Assembly: GCA_964519305.1 (NCBI GenBank)
Contig: CAZFHY010000020.1
Coordinates: 21,833 to 58,565 of the forward strand
Source of the DNA: Candidatus Undinarchaeota archaeon
Lineage (GTDB): Archaea > SpSt-1190 > JASMDC01
Direction of reading: 5' to 3'
DNA length: 36,733 nt
The notes below the pieces were generated by a model. The model did not search any database and was not told the DNA's origin. It saw only the letters and a list, made by a program, of their open reading frames with translations. Of this stretch, positions 1-9,549 are shown one piece after another. Every line of letters begins with the position of its first letter. Position 1 is the stretch's first letter. The position numbers and the translations under genes were made by a program.

Positions 1-2513
1 GGTGTGGGGGCTCCCGAGCCCGGAGGCGTGTCCCCTTGAGAAATTGGCCAGGCTGCGCTCTGGATATCAGAGTACGGATAGAACGCGTCAACCTGCCATA
101 GTGTCTCGAGGGTTATCGGATCGTACCCGTAGAGGACAGGGTTATGGAATATGCAGAGCATGAGGCTACCGTCGCCCAGCATCTCGAGCCCGACGGTATT
201 GGCCGGCAGCTCGGTGGTGACCACGGTAATCGTACCGGTATCGGGATCATAGGCGGAAAGTGTGGTATCAAGGCTGAGGTATAGAAGGCTCCCATCGTTG
301 TTCCACGCGAGCCCGTCCACGACCTCGCTGGAGGCATGGACGAGGGTGCCGGAACCTGTGTCAGGATCTATCCGGATTAGGCCGTTCCCGTCGGACCAAC
401 CGTACAGGAATCCGTCGGATGGGTGGAACGAGATGCCCTCTATGTCCTGGAATCCGATATCCCCCACGGAGGTTAGATCGCCGGTCTGTCCGTCCACCAG
501 ATAGAGATGCGCGTTCTGCCCGTTGGGGCTGGAGGCCGCGTAGAGCTGGTCGGTATCCGCACGGATGTCGATACCTTCGATGTCCTTGTCCGAATGTGTG
601 AAGCCTAGCGGTGAGATTGAACCGGTCTCAAGGTCCACGGTAAGGAACTCCGAGTCGGACTGCCCCTGATCGTGCACGGCGTAGACATAGCCACCCACGG
701 GATCGACACCGGGGACGGGCGTCGCGGTCGGGGTGGGTGTAGGCGTCGGTGTGGGCGTGGGTGTTGCCGATGGGTCCGGCGTAGGTGTGGGTGTAGGCTC
801 GGGCGTAGGTGTGGGTGTCGGGGTAGGTGTGGGTGTCGGTGTGGGCGTTGGGAGGGGTGTATCGTCAGGATCGTCGCTCATGACCCACCATGAAATCTTG
901 TTGACGATCTCGCCTGCGGCGGCGATGTCTTGGTCGCCGTCGCCATCGATGTCGGCGGCGTGGACGGAGAGAGCGCCGTCGAAAGAGTGGACGATATAGT
1001 GCTGGACCCAGACCGACCCCCTGTTCTCGTACCAGCTGATGGAGCCGTCGTTGTACTGCGCGATGACGAGGTCGAGATCGCCGTCGCCATTGATATCCGC
1101 AGCATAGATGCTGGTAACATGCTCGAAGTTGCCGTCGACGACGTGCTCGAGCCATCCTGCACCGTTCTCCCACCAGAGGAGCTCAGCGTCGTCGTAGGCG
1201 GCGCCGATGATATCCAGGTCGCTGTCGCCGTCAAGGTCGGCTGCATGGACCGCCGACGCGCCACCGAAGTTGTCCTTGATGACATGCTTGGTCCAACCAC
1301 TGCCTGTGTTCTCCCACATTGCTATCTCGTTCTCGGTGTAGCCGGCGCCGAGCACGTCTATGTCACCGTCGCCATCGATATCGGCCCCATACACGTCACG
1401 GGCACCGCCGAACGATGCGGCCACAGGATGCTTCGTCCAGCCGTTCCCGGTGTTCTCGTACCATGCGATCTCCGAGGCCATGGCGCCGGCTGCGAGCAAG
1501 TCTATGTCGTTGTCGCCGTCCATGTCCTCAGCATGAACTGCCCGTGCACCATCAAGGGTGGCCACTGTATGCTTGGTCCAGCCTGGTGGGTCCGCACCAT
1601 CGTTCTCCCACCAAGCGACCTCGTCACCCGTGAAGGCAGCCCCTGCAACGTCGAGGTCACCGTCATCGTCCAGGTCGGCCGCGATGGCGTCCCGCACGCC
1701 CATGAACGCGGCATCGATGACGTGCTCTGTGAACCCTGATGCCCCGCCGAGATTTTCCCACCAGCCTATAGTGTCGACATCGAACCCTGCTCCGAGCACG
1801 TCCACGTCACCGTCTTCATCGATGTCGGCCGCATACACCGCTGTGGCCCCACCGAAGGATGACTCAAGGTTGTACTCTTGGACAGGGAACGGGTAGCCCA
1901 ACGGGGAGCGGTCCATCCCACCGAGCTCTATCTTCCCCGCGCAGATGGCCGTTTCTGTCTGGCCTTCTAGCTCACCGAACGTATCGTAGGTGACCGACAC
2001 CTTCGCCCTGTAGACGTTCCCGCCGAGCAGGTCGAGAGTACCTGCACCGACGTCCTCGATCCGGATGGTCGTGACCTCTGCCTCGGTGACGTTCACTTTC
2101 GCACAACCCGAAGAGGTGCTGTTGCCCTGGTTGAAGGTCTGGCAGGCATATCCCTTCTCGGTCCAGCGCTGGAACACACCTTCGGGAAACTCCACGAGCA
2201 CCTCATTGATCGTCACTTGTCTCCCCATCCCGTTCCGGAGGCGGAGGTGGAAGAGGCTCTCGCGGTCGTCACCATCGAGGTCGTCGTCGGGGATGTTGAA
2301 GAGACCCGGCTCGCGCCGCGCCCCCAGAAGGTGGTCGTGATAATGGAGCTTCTGGAAACCGAGACATGAACTCTTCACATAGGTCCCCGGATTGAGGAAT
2401 CCCATGGAGTACATGGCCCCGCCGGCGATGACAATAACGAGGAAGAGCCAGCCGTAGGTCATGAGGAATTCCATCGATCCCTGACCTCGCCGGCTTCTGG
2501 AAATCATCCACAT
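1..2513 (-). CDS. Class III signal peptide (pilin-like) surface protein with FG-GAP/VCBS propeller, Pro-Thr linker and a second beta-propeller; runs off the left edge (>=837 aa)
   Basis: Not in the ORF track because there is no stop in the window. Hand translation from ATG 2513 (preceded by GAGGGGT) gives [10 protein letters not shown]|[28 protein letters not shown]. About seven repeats of type 'ADxDGDGDxD..W[WY]EN' follow (~890-1890), then a (PT)n linker (~715-860), then propeller-like blades ([29 protein letters not shown]). Confidence 0.9.
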   Translation of the reverse strand, partial: MWMISRSRRGQGSMEFLMTYGWLFLVIVIAGGAMYSMGFLNPGTYVKSSCLGFQKLHYHDHLLGARREPGLFNIPDDDLDGDDRESLFHLRLRNGMGRQVTINEVLVEFPEGVFQRWTEKGYACQTFNQGNSTSSGCAKVNVTEAEVTTIRIEDVGAGTLDLLGGNVYRAKVSVTYDTFGELEGQTETAICAGKIELGGMDRSPLGYPFPVQEYNLESSFGGATAVYAADIDEDGDVDVLGAGFDVDTIGWWENLGGASGFTEHVIDAAFMGVRDAIAADLDDDGDLDVAGAAFTGDEVAWWENDGADPPGWTKHTVATLDGARAVHAEDMDGDNDIDLLAAGAMASEIAWYENTGNGWTKHPVAASFGGARDVYGADIDGDGDIDVLGAGYTENEIAMWENTGSGWTKHVIKDNFGGASAVHAADLDGDSDLDIIGAAYDDAELLWWENGAGWLEHVVDGNFEHVTSIYAADINGDGDLDLVIAQYNDGSISWYENRGSVWVQHYIVHSFDGALSVHAADIDGDGDQDIAAAGEIVNKISWWVMSDDPDDTPLPTPTPTPTPTPTPTPTPEPTPTPTPDPSATPTPTPTPTPTPTATPVPGVDPVGGYVYAVHDQGQSDSEFLTVDLETGSISPLGFTHSDKDIEGIDIRADTDQLYAASSPNGQNAHLYLVDGQTGDLTSVGDIGFQDIEGISFHPSDGFLYGWSDGNGLIRIDPDTGSGTLVHASSEVVDGLAWNNDGSLLYLSLDTTLSAYDPDTGTITVVTTELPANTVGLEMLGDGSLMLCIFHNPVLYGYDPITLETLWQVDAFYPYSDIQSAAWPISQGDTPPGSGAPT
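715..860 (-). repeat. Pro-Thr low-complexity linker (degenerate 6-nt codon-pair repeat)
   Basis: GGTGTGGGTGTAGGCGTC-type repeats encode [27 protein letters not shown] on the minus strand. Confidence 0.9.
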
Positions 2514-2544
2514 ACCCCTCTCAAGACATCCATCCATATGAACC

Positions 2545-2620
2545 CAATTATGGCTCTTTCCAATAATTAGTCCTGTTATCCTTTAATGCTTTGTACATAG
2601 GTTGTATATACAATAATTAC
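2545..2620. promoter_or_regulatory. AT-rich promoter region with a 12-bp palindrome and a direct repeat
   Basis: TTGTATATACAA is a perfect palindrome at 2602-2613. CAATAATTA occurs at 2561 and 2611. The spacer lies upstream of the 2513 start. Confidence 0.5.
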
Positions 2621-2706
2621 ATCTATACGAGAGTGATAGTATTTACTGTTCTGAAGGACCACTGAAGAACCCGAGGACACCCTATTCAGGAGAATGCTAT
2701 CCCTTG

Positions 2707-5700
2707 TTAGATCACTTTGAGCGTCAGGATGAACCGAGAGGTAGTCCATACGTTCGTGGTCGACCAGGCGCCCCCGCCGTTCCTGATGAGGGTGATCTTC
2801 TTGTCCTTGCCGCCCGAGACGACGTCCAGATCATCGTCGCCGTCCACGTCGGCCACGTCAAGGGCATAGACACGGTTCCCGGCAGTGTAGATGATGGACG
2901 ATGACCAGCCCCCACCACCAGCCGTGTGGAGCGTGACCTTGTTGCCCTCGTCACCGGACACAATGTCCATGTCGGTGTCCCCATCCATGTCAACCGCCTG
3001 GAGGGCTCTGACCAGTCCGGTGAGGGTTCGCTCGACCGACCCGCCCCACCCGGTGCCTTGACCATCATTGTTGGTGAACAGGTGGACCTGGTTATCCAGA
3101 CCCGCGATGACGTCGACGTCGCCGTCACCGTCCATGTCCGCCATGTCCAGCCCGTAGACATTCTCAGTTCCGGAACCGAGCGTAAGTTCGGTTCTGGCCC
3201 ATACACCGGAGGTACCAGGATTATGGAGCACGAACACCTCCTCGGTGTTGTCACCCACCGCGATGTCCAGGTCGCCGTCACCGTTCAAGTCCCCGACGGC
3301 CACCGAGTAGAACCGCCGGGACGTCTCCCACAGCGTGTCACGCGGCCAGTCACCGCTATCACCGCCCTGGTTGGAGTAGAGGTACACCTCGCCGCCGTAG
3401 TCGACAGTCACTATATCCTTGTCCCCGTCGCCGTCCATGTCCGCGATAGCAACGGCCTGCACATCGGATGGCCGTGGCGACCAGGAGATGATTGACCAGG
3501 ATGAGCCCTCGCCGCCCGAAGTGTCGGTGTAATGGTGGAACCGCTTCTGGTCGGCCGCTGCCGCGATGTCGATGTTCCCGTCGCCGTTGATATCGCCGGT
3601 GGTTACGATCTTCACACCGTTGCCCGTGTTCTGGACCTCGGTCGCTTCCCACACGGTACCGTCATCGTTGGCGTTCCGGTGCACCATCACCTTGCCAGCT
3701 TCGTCGCCGGACACGATGCCCAGGGCGCCCTCTTGCGGTGGCGCGGGGGTCGCCGTAGGTTCCGGCGACGGTGTGGGTGTCGGCTCCGGCGTGGGCTCGA
3801 CGGTCGGCTCGGGCGTGGGCTCCGGCGTCGGGGTAGGCGTTGGCGACGGTACGTACTGGTAGGTGATGGTGTTCTGCGCCGGAGTGGAGGTGAGCACGAT
3901 GTAGTCGGACCAGTAGTGGACCGCACCGACACGGACGCGGGCCATCACCGCCTGGCCCACAATGCCCACGAACGATATCTCGCCATCGGTGCCACACCAG
4001 TCGCCCTGGTCCATCTCCACCTGGGCCTCGGTGTACAGCTCGACGTAGGCGTTCATGGGATCGCCCGCCTCGTCGAGCACGGTGACGGTGAGAGTGACGG
4101 TGCTCACGGCCGGTAGGACGATGGAGACCGAGTTCTGCGAGGGGTCCGATGAGAGTGTGACATAGTCGCTCCAGTACTCCGTTCCGTAGTAGCGGACCTT
4201 GGCGCCCACAGATGTGTTCACTGGGCCGATGAAGGTGACCTCGCCATCTGCATAGGTCCACTCCTCCTGGTCCATGGTGGTGCCCTCCTCGGTGTAGGCC
4301 CAGGTAAGGACGTTCACAGGATCGCCGTTGGCGTCGGTCACGGTGACGTTCCACCCCACCTCTGTCGGGTCAGGGAGATTGAGCGTGAGCACGTTCTGGG
4401 ACGGATCCGTACCGAGGATGAGGGCGTCGGTGAAGTAGTAGACTCCATAGTAGCGCGCCCGGGCCATCACGGAGGTCCCGATGCTCGCTTCGTAGGTGAC
4501 GTTGCCGTCCGCGCCCGTCCATCCGGCGAACCCGAGGTAGGTCCCGTCCTCGAGGTAGGCCCATACCGGGACGTTGACCGGATCGGCGTTGTGGTCGCTA
4601 AAGACCGCTGTGAGCTGTGAGGTAGTCACTGTGTCCACGGTGTCGGTGATGACGTTGGCGCTGGCGTTGGCGGTGACGGTGAGCAGGTCGGTCCACTGGT
4701 ACTGACCGTAGACACCGATCCGTGCCTTCACGACCGCGCCCACCTCCGCGCTGAAGCTGACCTCGCCGGTGACGTCGGTCCAACCTGTCTGCTCCAGGTA
4801 CACGTCGTCCTCGGAGTACGCCCAGACCTGGTACTCGACGGGGTCCCCGTTCTCATCGGTGAGCTGGACGGTGAACTGGGCCTCGGTGATGTCCGGAAGG
4901 GTGTACGTGAGCACGTTCTGTGACGGGTCCGTCCCGAGGGTGATGACAGAGCTCCAGTAGGTGGCTCCCTGATACTGGACACGTGCCTTGACAGTGCTGC
5001 TCGAGCTCCCGTCGAACGTGATATTACCGTCCGCGCCCGTCCAACCCGACTGGTCCAGATACACTCCATCGGACGAGTAGGCCCAGACCTGGATGTTCGT
5101 GGGATTGCTGTTAGCATCGGTGATGGAGACAGTGAACTGGGTGGGGATGATCTCTGGTGCGTAGAACACGATCTGGTTATCGTTCGGTGTGTCGGTTAGG
5201 TTGATCCAGTCCGTCCAGTAGTAGTCGCCATGGTAGCGTAGCTTGGCCTTCACCCGCGAGCCCACCGTGGACTCGAAGGTGACGGCACCGTCGGACCCGG
5301 TGCGGCCCGACTGGTCGAGCCCGTTGTACTCCCATTCGCCCTCATAGCCCTCCGGACGCTCCGACTCCTTGTAACCCCATACCGGTACGTTCACCTTACG
5401 GCCCTCGAAGCTGTAGACGGTGATCGTGAACGCCACCAGGTCGAGCACCGGGAGCTGGTAGGAGACGGTGTTCTGGGCAGGCGTCGCGGTGAGGTTGATG
5501 CACGGCGTCCACAGGTACTCGCCGTCGTACAGGATGCGACCGCAAACGAGGCCGCCGATGGGCGCCGTGAAGGTTATGTTCCCGTCGGCACCGGTGTCGC
5601 CCGACTGGTCCAGATAGCCCCGGGCCTCGTTGTAGGCCCAGGCCGGCACGTCCACCGGATCGCCGTAGATATCGTGAACGGAAACCGTCCACTCGACCTC

Positions 5701-8061
5701 CGGCATCTCGGGCAGCTGGTACGATATCGTGTTGGACTGGCCGTCCGCTACCAGTTCGAGAGGATCGGTCCAGAACTCGTACCCGTTATCCCGTATCTTG
5801 ACCTTGACTCCCTGGTCCACGAAGCCCGAGAAGGTGCGGTCGCCGTCACCCCCGGTCCGCCCTGTCTGGTCCATGTACTCCCCGTCCTCGGTGTATGCCC
5901 AGACACGGTCGTTCACCGGCAGACCGTTCGAGTCACGGACGGACACGGTGAACGTCGTCCCCTGCAACTGTGGCAGGTCGACGGTGATGACGTTGAGCGA
6001 AGGGTCAGAGCGGACAGTGGCCACGTCGCTCCAGAAGTACATACCGTAGTACCTCACGCGCACCTTGATCGCGAGATCGACCCAGGAGAAGAAGGTGGTG
6101 TTCCCATCGGCGCCGGTCCACGAGCTCATGTCCAGATAGGTCCCGTCCTCGGTGTACAACCACACGGGGAGGTCCATTGGGATTCCGTTGTGGTCGAGAA
6201 CGGTCACCGTGACCGCAACCTCGGTGATCCCTGGTAGTGTGTACTCGAGGACGTTCCCCGAGGGATCGGAAGTTAGGTTGACGGTGTCGGTCCAGTACTC
6301 GTAACCCCCGGCGCGTACCATGGCCTTCACTTCGTCACCGACGTTCCCGATGAAGGCGAACTGGCCGTCGCTGCCCGTCCACGCGGACTGTTCGAGGTAC
6401 TCCCCCGTCCCGGAATACATCCACACGCGGACGTTGGCGGGATCGCCGCTGCCATCGCGCACGGTGAGGGTCGCCATGGTGACGTTTTCCATGGTGTAGG
6501 AGATGAGGTTCTGGGACGTGTCCGCGTCGAGGGTGATGATCGGTGTCCAGTAGTACTTGCCGAAGAGGACGAGCCGCACCTTGACATCCTGGCCGACCGC
6601 CCCCTGGAAGGTGGCGTTCCCGTCGAATCCTGTATACGCGGACTGCCCCATGTACACGGGAGTACCGTACTCATCGACAGTGTAGGCCCAAGCCTCCACG
6701 TCCAGCGGATCGCCGGTCGAGCCAGCGATGGACACTGAGAAGTCGACAACTGTGCTGTTGGGGAGGGTGTACGTGACGACGTTCTGGGACGCGTTGGCGG
6801 AAATGGTGAGCGGATCGGTCCACAGGTATTCACCGAGGTAGCGGACCTTGACCTTCACCTCCTGACCGACCATTGCTTGGAGGCTCAGGTTACCGTCGCT
6901 CCCCGTGGAGCCGGACTGATCTAGGTAGACCGTGCCGTTGTCGGTGCTGTAGGCCCAGACGGGTACATCGGTGGGATCACCGTCGGCGTCGACGACCGAG
7001 ACGGTGAACGACGTCACGTTCATCGTGTTGAGGGGCACGATGGCAATGATAACGTTGAGGGCGAGGTCTACCGTGACATCCACCTGGTCCGTGTAGAAGT
7101 ACTGCCCGTAGACACGGTACTTGGCCAGCGCGAGGTGACCCAGGTCGGTGTAGAACGTGATGTTCCCATCGGCACCGGTCCAGCCCGACTGCCCTAGGTA
7201 GATGAGCGATCCGATCCGGTAGCCCCAGACCGGGAGATTGAGAGGCGTGCCCGTGTCGTCCATGATGTGGACCGTGAAGGCGCCCCGGTCGATATAGACG
7301 ACCAGAGAGTCCTCGTCGCAAGCACCGTTGGGATCGCACACGGTGAGCGTCGCGTGATAGTTACCTGAGACCGTGTAAGCATGGGTCGGTGTGGCCCCAG
7401 TGCCGCTGCTACCGTCACCGAAGTTCCATGAATAGGTCAGTACGCCACCCTCGGGATCGTAGGAGCCCGATGCGTCGAACTGGACGCTCTCGAAGCGTCG
7501 TGCGAATAGGTCTGGCCCGGCATCGGCCACAGGGAGGTTGTCCAGGTCAGCAAAGCGCCCTGTGCACACCATGACCTCGCTATGGTCTGCTACACCATGA
7601 ATATGGTCGTAGTTGATACGCACACGGGCCGAATATGGCCGGCCTACTCGGAGGAGGTTGCCATAGTCACCGACCATGCTGACGATGCCCCGCTTCGCCT
7701 CGGCGATCTGGAAGTAGTCATCGCCCAGGCGCCAGCTGTCCTGCTCGGGCCACGAAACGTCGATACTGGTCACGTTGATGGGACGTCCGGCCCCGTTGAA
7801 GAGATGGAGCTGGAACCGTCCGTTGTCGCCGAACACGTGGTCCCGGTAATGGATCTGTTGACCACCGGTGCACGATCCCTTCTGGTAGTTACCCCAGTCG
7901 AAGAAGCCGAACGAGTGTAGGGCTGCCCCGGCGATGACGATCACCAAGAGCATGAGCCCGTAGGTGAACAGGAACTCCATAGCGTCCTGAGCGCGTTCGC
8001 TCCGGACCAGCCTGTGGCCACGTCCATGACCAAGCCTGCGGACTCTATAGCTCAGGCTCAC
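2707..8061 (-). CDS. Giant class III signal peptide surface protein/adhesin (1784 aa): pilin-like N-domain, PKD domain, 13 beta-sandwich repeats, PT/PE linker, FG-GAP propeller
   Basis: RA|QDAMEFLFTYGLMLLVIVIAGAAL signal. PKD motif PVADAGPD..FDASGSYDPEG..YSWNFGDG..HAY. 13 repeats follow, then PTPTPEPTP, then DxxGDGDxD repeats. The exact start is uncertain (GTG 8061). Confidence 0.92.
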   Translation of the reverse strand: MSLSYRVRRLGHGRGHRLVRSERAQDAMEFLFTYGLMLLVIVIAGAALHSFGFFDWGNYQKGSCTGGQQIHYRDHVFGDNGRFQLHLFNGAGRPINVTSIDVSWPEQDSWRLGDDYFQIAEAKRGIVSMVGDYGNLLRVGRPYSARVRINYDHIHGVADHSEVMVCTGRFADLDNLPVADAGPDLFARRFESVQFDASGSYDPEGGVLTYSWNFGDGSSGTGATPTHAYTVSGNYHATLTVCDPNGACDEDSLVVYIDRGAFTVHIMDDTGTPLNLPVWGYRIGSLIYLGQSGWTGADGNITFYTDLGHLALAKYRVYGQYFYTDQVDVTVDLALNVIIAIVPLNTMNVTSFTVSVVDADGDPTDVPVWAYSTDNGTVYLDQSGSTGSDGNLSLQAMVGQEVKVKVRYLGEYLWTDPLTISANASQNVVTYTLPNSTVVDFSVSIAGSTGDPLDVEAWAYTVDEYGTPVYMGQSAYTGFDGNATFQGAVGQDVKVRLVLFGKYYWTPIITLDADTSQNLISYTMENVTMATLTVRDGSGDPANVRVWMYSGTGEYLEQSAWTGSDGQFAFIGNVGDEVKAMVRAGGYEYWTDTVNLTSDPSGNVLEYTLPGITEVAVTVTVLDHNGIPMDLPVWLYTEDGTYLDMSSWTGADGNTTFFSWVDLAIKVRVRYYGMYFWSDVATVRSDPSLNVITVDLPQLQGTTFTVSVRDSNGLPVNDRVWAYTEDGEYMDQTGRTGGDGDRTFSGFVDQGVKVKIRDNGYEFWTDPLELVADGQSNTISYQLPEMPEVEWTVSVHDIYGDPVDVPAWAYNEARGYLDQSGDTGADGNITFTAPIGGLVCGRILYDGEYLWTPCINLTATPAQNTVSYQLPVLDLVAFTITVYSFEGRKVNVPVWGYKESERPEGYEGEWEYNGLDQSGRTGSDGAVTFESTVGSRVKAKLRYHGDYYWTDWINLTDTPNDNQIVFYAPEIIPTQFTVSITDANSNPTNIQVWAYSSDGVYLDQSGWTGADGNITFDGSSSSTVKARVQYQGATYWSSVITLGTDPSQNVLTYTLPDITEAQFTVQLTDENGDPVEYQVWAYSEDDVYLEQTGWTDVTGEVSFSAEVGAVVKARIGVYGQYQWTDLLTVTANASANVITDTVDTVTTSQLTAVFSDHNADPVNVPVWAYLEDGTYLGFAGWTGADGNVTYEASIGTSVMARARYYGVYYFTDALILGTDPSQNVLTLNLPDPTEVGWNVTVTDANGDPVNVLTWAYTEEGTTMDQEEWTYADGEVTFIGPVNTSVGAKVRYYGTEYWSDYVTLSSDPSQNSVSIVLPAVSTVTLTVTVLDEAGDPMNAYVELYTEAQVEMDQGDWCGTDGEISFVGIVGQAVMARVRVGAVHYWSDYIVLTSTPAQNTITYQYVPSPTPTPTPEPTPEPTVEPTPEPTPTPSPEPTATPAPPQEGALGIVSGDEAGKVMVHRNANDDGTVWEATEVQNTGNGVKIVTTGDINGDGNIDIAAAADQKRFHHYTDTSGGEGSSWSIISWSPRPSDVQAVAIADMDGDGDKDIVTVDYGGEVYLYSNQGGDSGDWPRDTLWETSRRFYSVAVGDLNGDGDLDIAVGDNTEEVFVLHNPGTSGVWARTELTLGSGTENVYGLDMADMDGDGDVDVIAGLDNQVHLFTNNDGQGTGWGGSVERTLTGLVRALQAVDMDGDTDMDIVSGDEGNKVTLHTAGGGGWSSSIIYTAGNRVYALDVADVDGDDDLDVVSGGKDKKITLIRNGGGAWSTTNVWTTSRFILTLKVI
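3850..7278 (-). repeat. 13 tandem ~87-aa protein repeats (prealbumin/carboxypeptidase-regulatory-like beta-sandwich)
   Basis: Consensus FTVxVxDxxGxPxNVxVWAY..G.YLDQSGWTGADGNxTF..VG..VKARVRYxG.YYWTD.ITL..DPSQN.ITYxLP was counted 13 times. The fold assignment is inference. Confidence 0.88.
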
Positions 8062-8184
8062 GGTAGTATATAGTCATTCATACTATTAATGGGGAGGTTA
8101 TAGGCAGTATATATCATATATGCGCTGATTGCCGTGGACCGCGATCGCGGTATCCTTTTATTGCTAGCCCTGCTCGACCACCCC
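8062..8184. promoter_or_regulatory. Divergent AT-rich promoter region
   Basis: TATATA, TATTAAT and CTTTTATT elements lie between divergent genes. CTTTTATT is ~25 nt before ATG 8185. Confidence 0.5.
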
Positions 8185-9549
8185 ATGGCGACGAGCGGAC
8201 CAGCGCTCCAGTATGGTGAGATGACTATCGAGGGGTTCTTGCCACAGGATGCAGAGGTCAGACTTCTGCGTCCCATGTCATGCGAAACACCCGTCGAGGA
8301 CCCATCGTTGGCGCTGTCTCGAGCGCTCGACGAACCGCTAGGGACACCGCCGCTGCGGGAGATGGTCGCGCGACACTATCGGCCGGGGCGGTCCGTGGTG
8401 GTGCTCGTCGATGACAACACACGCCCGAACCAGCATACCCGCCTCCTCCTCCCACCTATCCGCGACGCGCTCATCGGGTACGGTGTTACCGAGGACGACC
8501 TCCAGGTCCTGGTCGCCTCCGGCACCCATCGACCACCCACTGAGGAAGAGGTGGCCCGCAAGATCCTCACACCCGAACTTGCCCGCGAATTCCACGGGAG
8601 GGTGTTCGTCCATGACTGCGACCGGGACAACGAGCGCGTCGGTACAACCCGGTCCGGGACACCCGTCTGGCTCGACCGTCGTCTGCTCGCGGCCTCCCTG
8701 ATCATCCCACTCACCGATAGCGAGTTCCATTATTTCGCCGGCCAGGCGGGGACCGTGAAGTCCATCTGCCCCGGGACCGCTGGACGGGAGACCATCCAAG
8801 TGAACCACGCCCGGATGTTCCATCCTGAGCACGGATTCGTACCAGAGTGTCGGCTCGCCAATATCAAGGACAATCCCGTCTTCCAGGATATCATGGACAT
8901 CGCCCGCATGGCAGCTGAGCGAGTGCCCGTCTTCGGCGTGGATGCGGTAATGGACTGCGGTCACATCGTGCACCTCGCGGCCGGGGAGCTGAGCGCTCTA
9001 CACTCCGCTGCTACGCCCGTGCTCGAGGGATTGCGGGTGGTCGATGTGGAACGACCTGGAGACATCGTTGTTGTGTCCGCGGCAGCCCAAGGCATCAACC
9101 TCTATCAGGCCGTAAAGGCGGTCCACTGTGGCTGGAACGCGGTGCGCAAGGACGGTCGCGGGCGTATAGTGGTGATAGCTCCTTGCTCGGACGGTGTCGG
9201 GAACGAGGCGTTCCGTGACACCATGTCGGCCGTCACGGATCTCCCGCCCCGCGAAGCGATGCGCAAGGTGATCATCGAACGGTGCGGGCCTGATGTGTTC
9301 CGCATCGGGAACCAGAAGCCGGTGGACCTGTTGCGCACGATCGACACCGTAGGGGAGGAGAGCGTCAACATGCTCACCGAGATGGATCCTCAAAAGCTCA
9401 AGAGCGTGTTCCGGCTGGTAGCCATCCCGGCGGGAGGCGATCCTGCAGCGGCCCTGCGAAAAGCGCTCGAAAAGTTCGCTATCGAGCACGAACGACCGCT
9501 CATTTATCTGCTGGAGGATCCGTCGGTACTGGTTCGGGTAACTCCATGA
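8185..9549 (+). CDS. larA: LarA-family (DUF2088) nickel-pincer-dependent racemase/epimerase
   Basis: Motifs DDNTRP, ASGTHR, HD, HYFAGQAGTVKSICPG (cofactor-binding Lys position), NH, NLYQAVKA and APCSDGVG. ATG 8185 is preferred over GTG 8134. Substrate unknown. Confidence 0.85.
   Translation: MATSGPALQYGEMTIEGFLPQDAEVRLLRPMSCETPVEDPSLALSRALDEPLGTPPLREMVARHYRPGRSVVVLVDDNTRPNQHTRLLLPPIRDALIGYGVTEDDLQVLVASGTHRPPTEEEVARKILTPELAREFHGRVFVHDCDRDNERVGTTRSGTPVWLDRRLLAASLIIPLTDSEFHYFAGQAGTVKSICPGTAGRETIQVNHARMFHPEHGFVPECRLANIKDNPVFQDIMDIARMAAERVPVFGVDAVMDCGHIVHLAAGELSALHSAATPVLEGLRVVDVERPGDIVVVSAAAQGINLYQAVKAVHCGWNAVRKDGRGRIVVIAPCSDGVGNEAFRDTMSAVTDLPPREAMRKVIIERCGPDVFRIGNQKPVDLLRTIDTVGEESVNMLTEMDPQKLKSVFRLVAIPAGGDPAAALRKALEKFAIEHERPLIYLLEDPSVLVRVTP

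Noticed and set aside
672-999. Plus-strand ORFs with GVGVGV or RCGCR repeats
   Set aside because: They are antisense shadows of the Pro-Thr linker of the minus-strand adhesin. The same applies at ~3566-3862.
930-1739. 269-aa plus-strand ORF, and other long antisense ORFs (20773-21840, 30458-31480, 32412-33443, 34107-35294, 35834-36715)
   Set aside because: They lie opposite well-supported genes and are the expected by-product of high-GC codon bias.
9500-9549. 50-bp convergent overlap of larA and the MBL hydrolase
   Set aside because: Both tails are plausible non-conserved extensions, and such overlaps are common in compact genomes.
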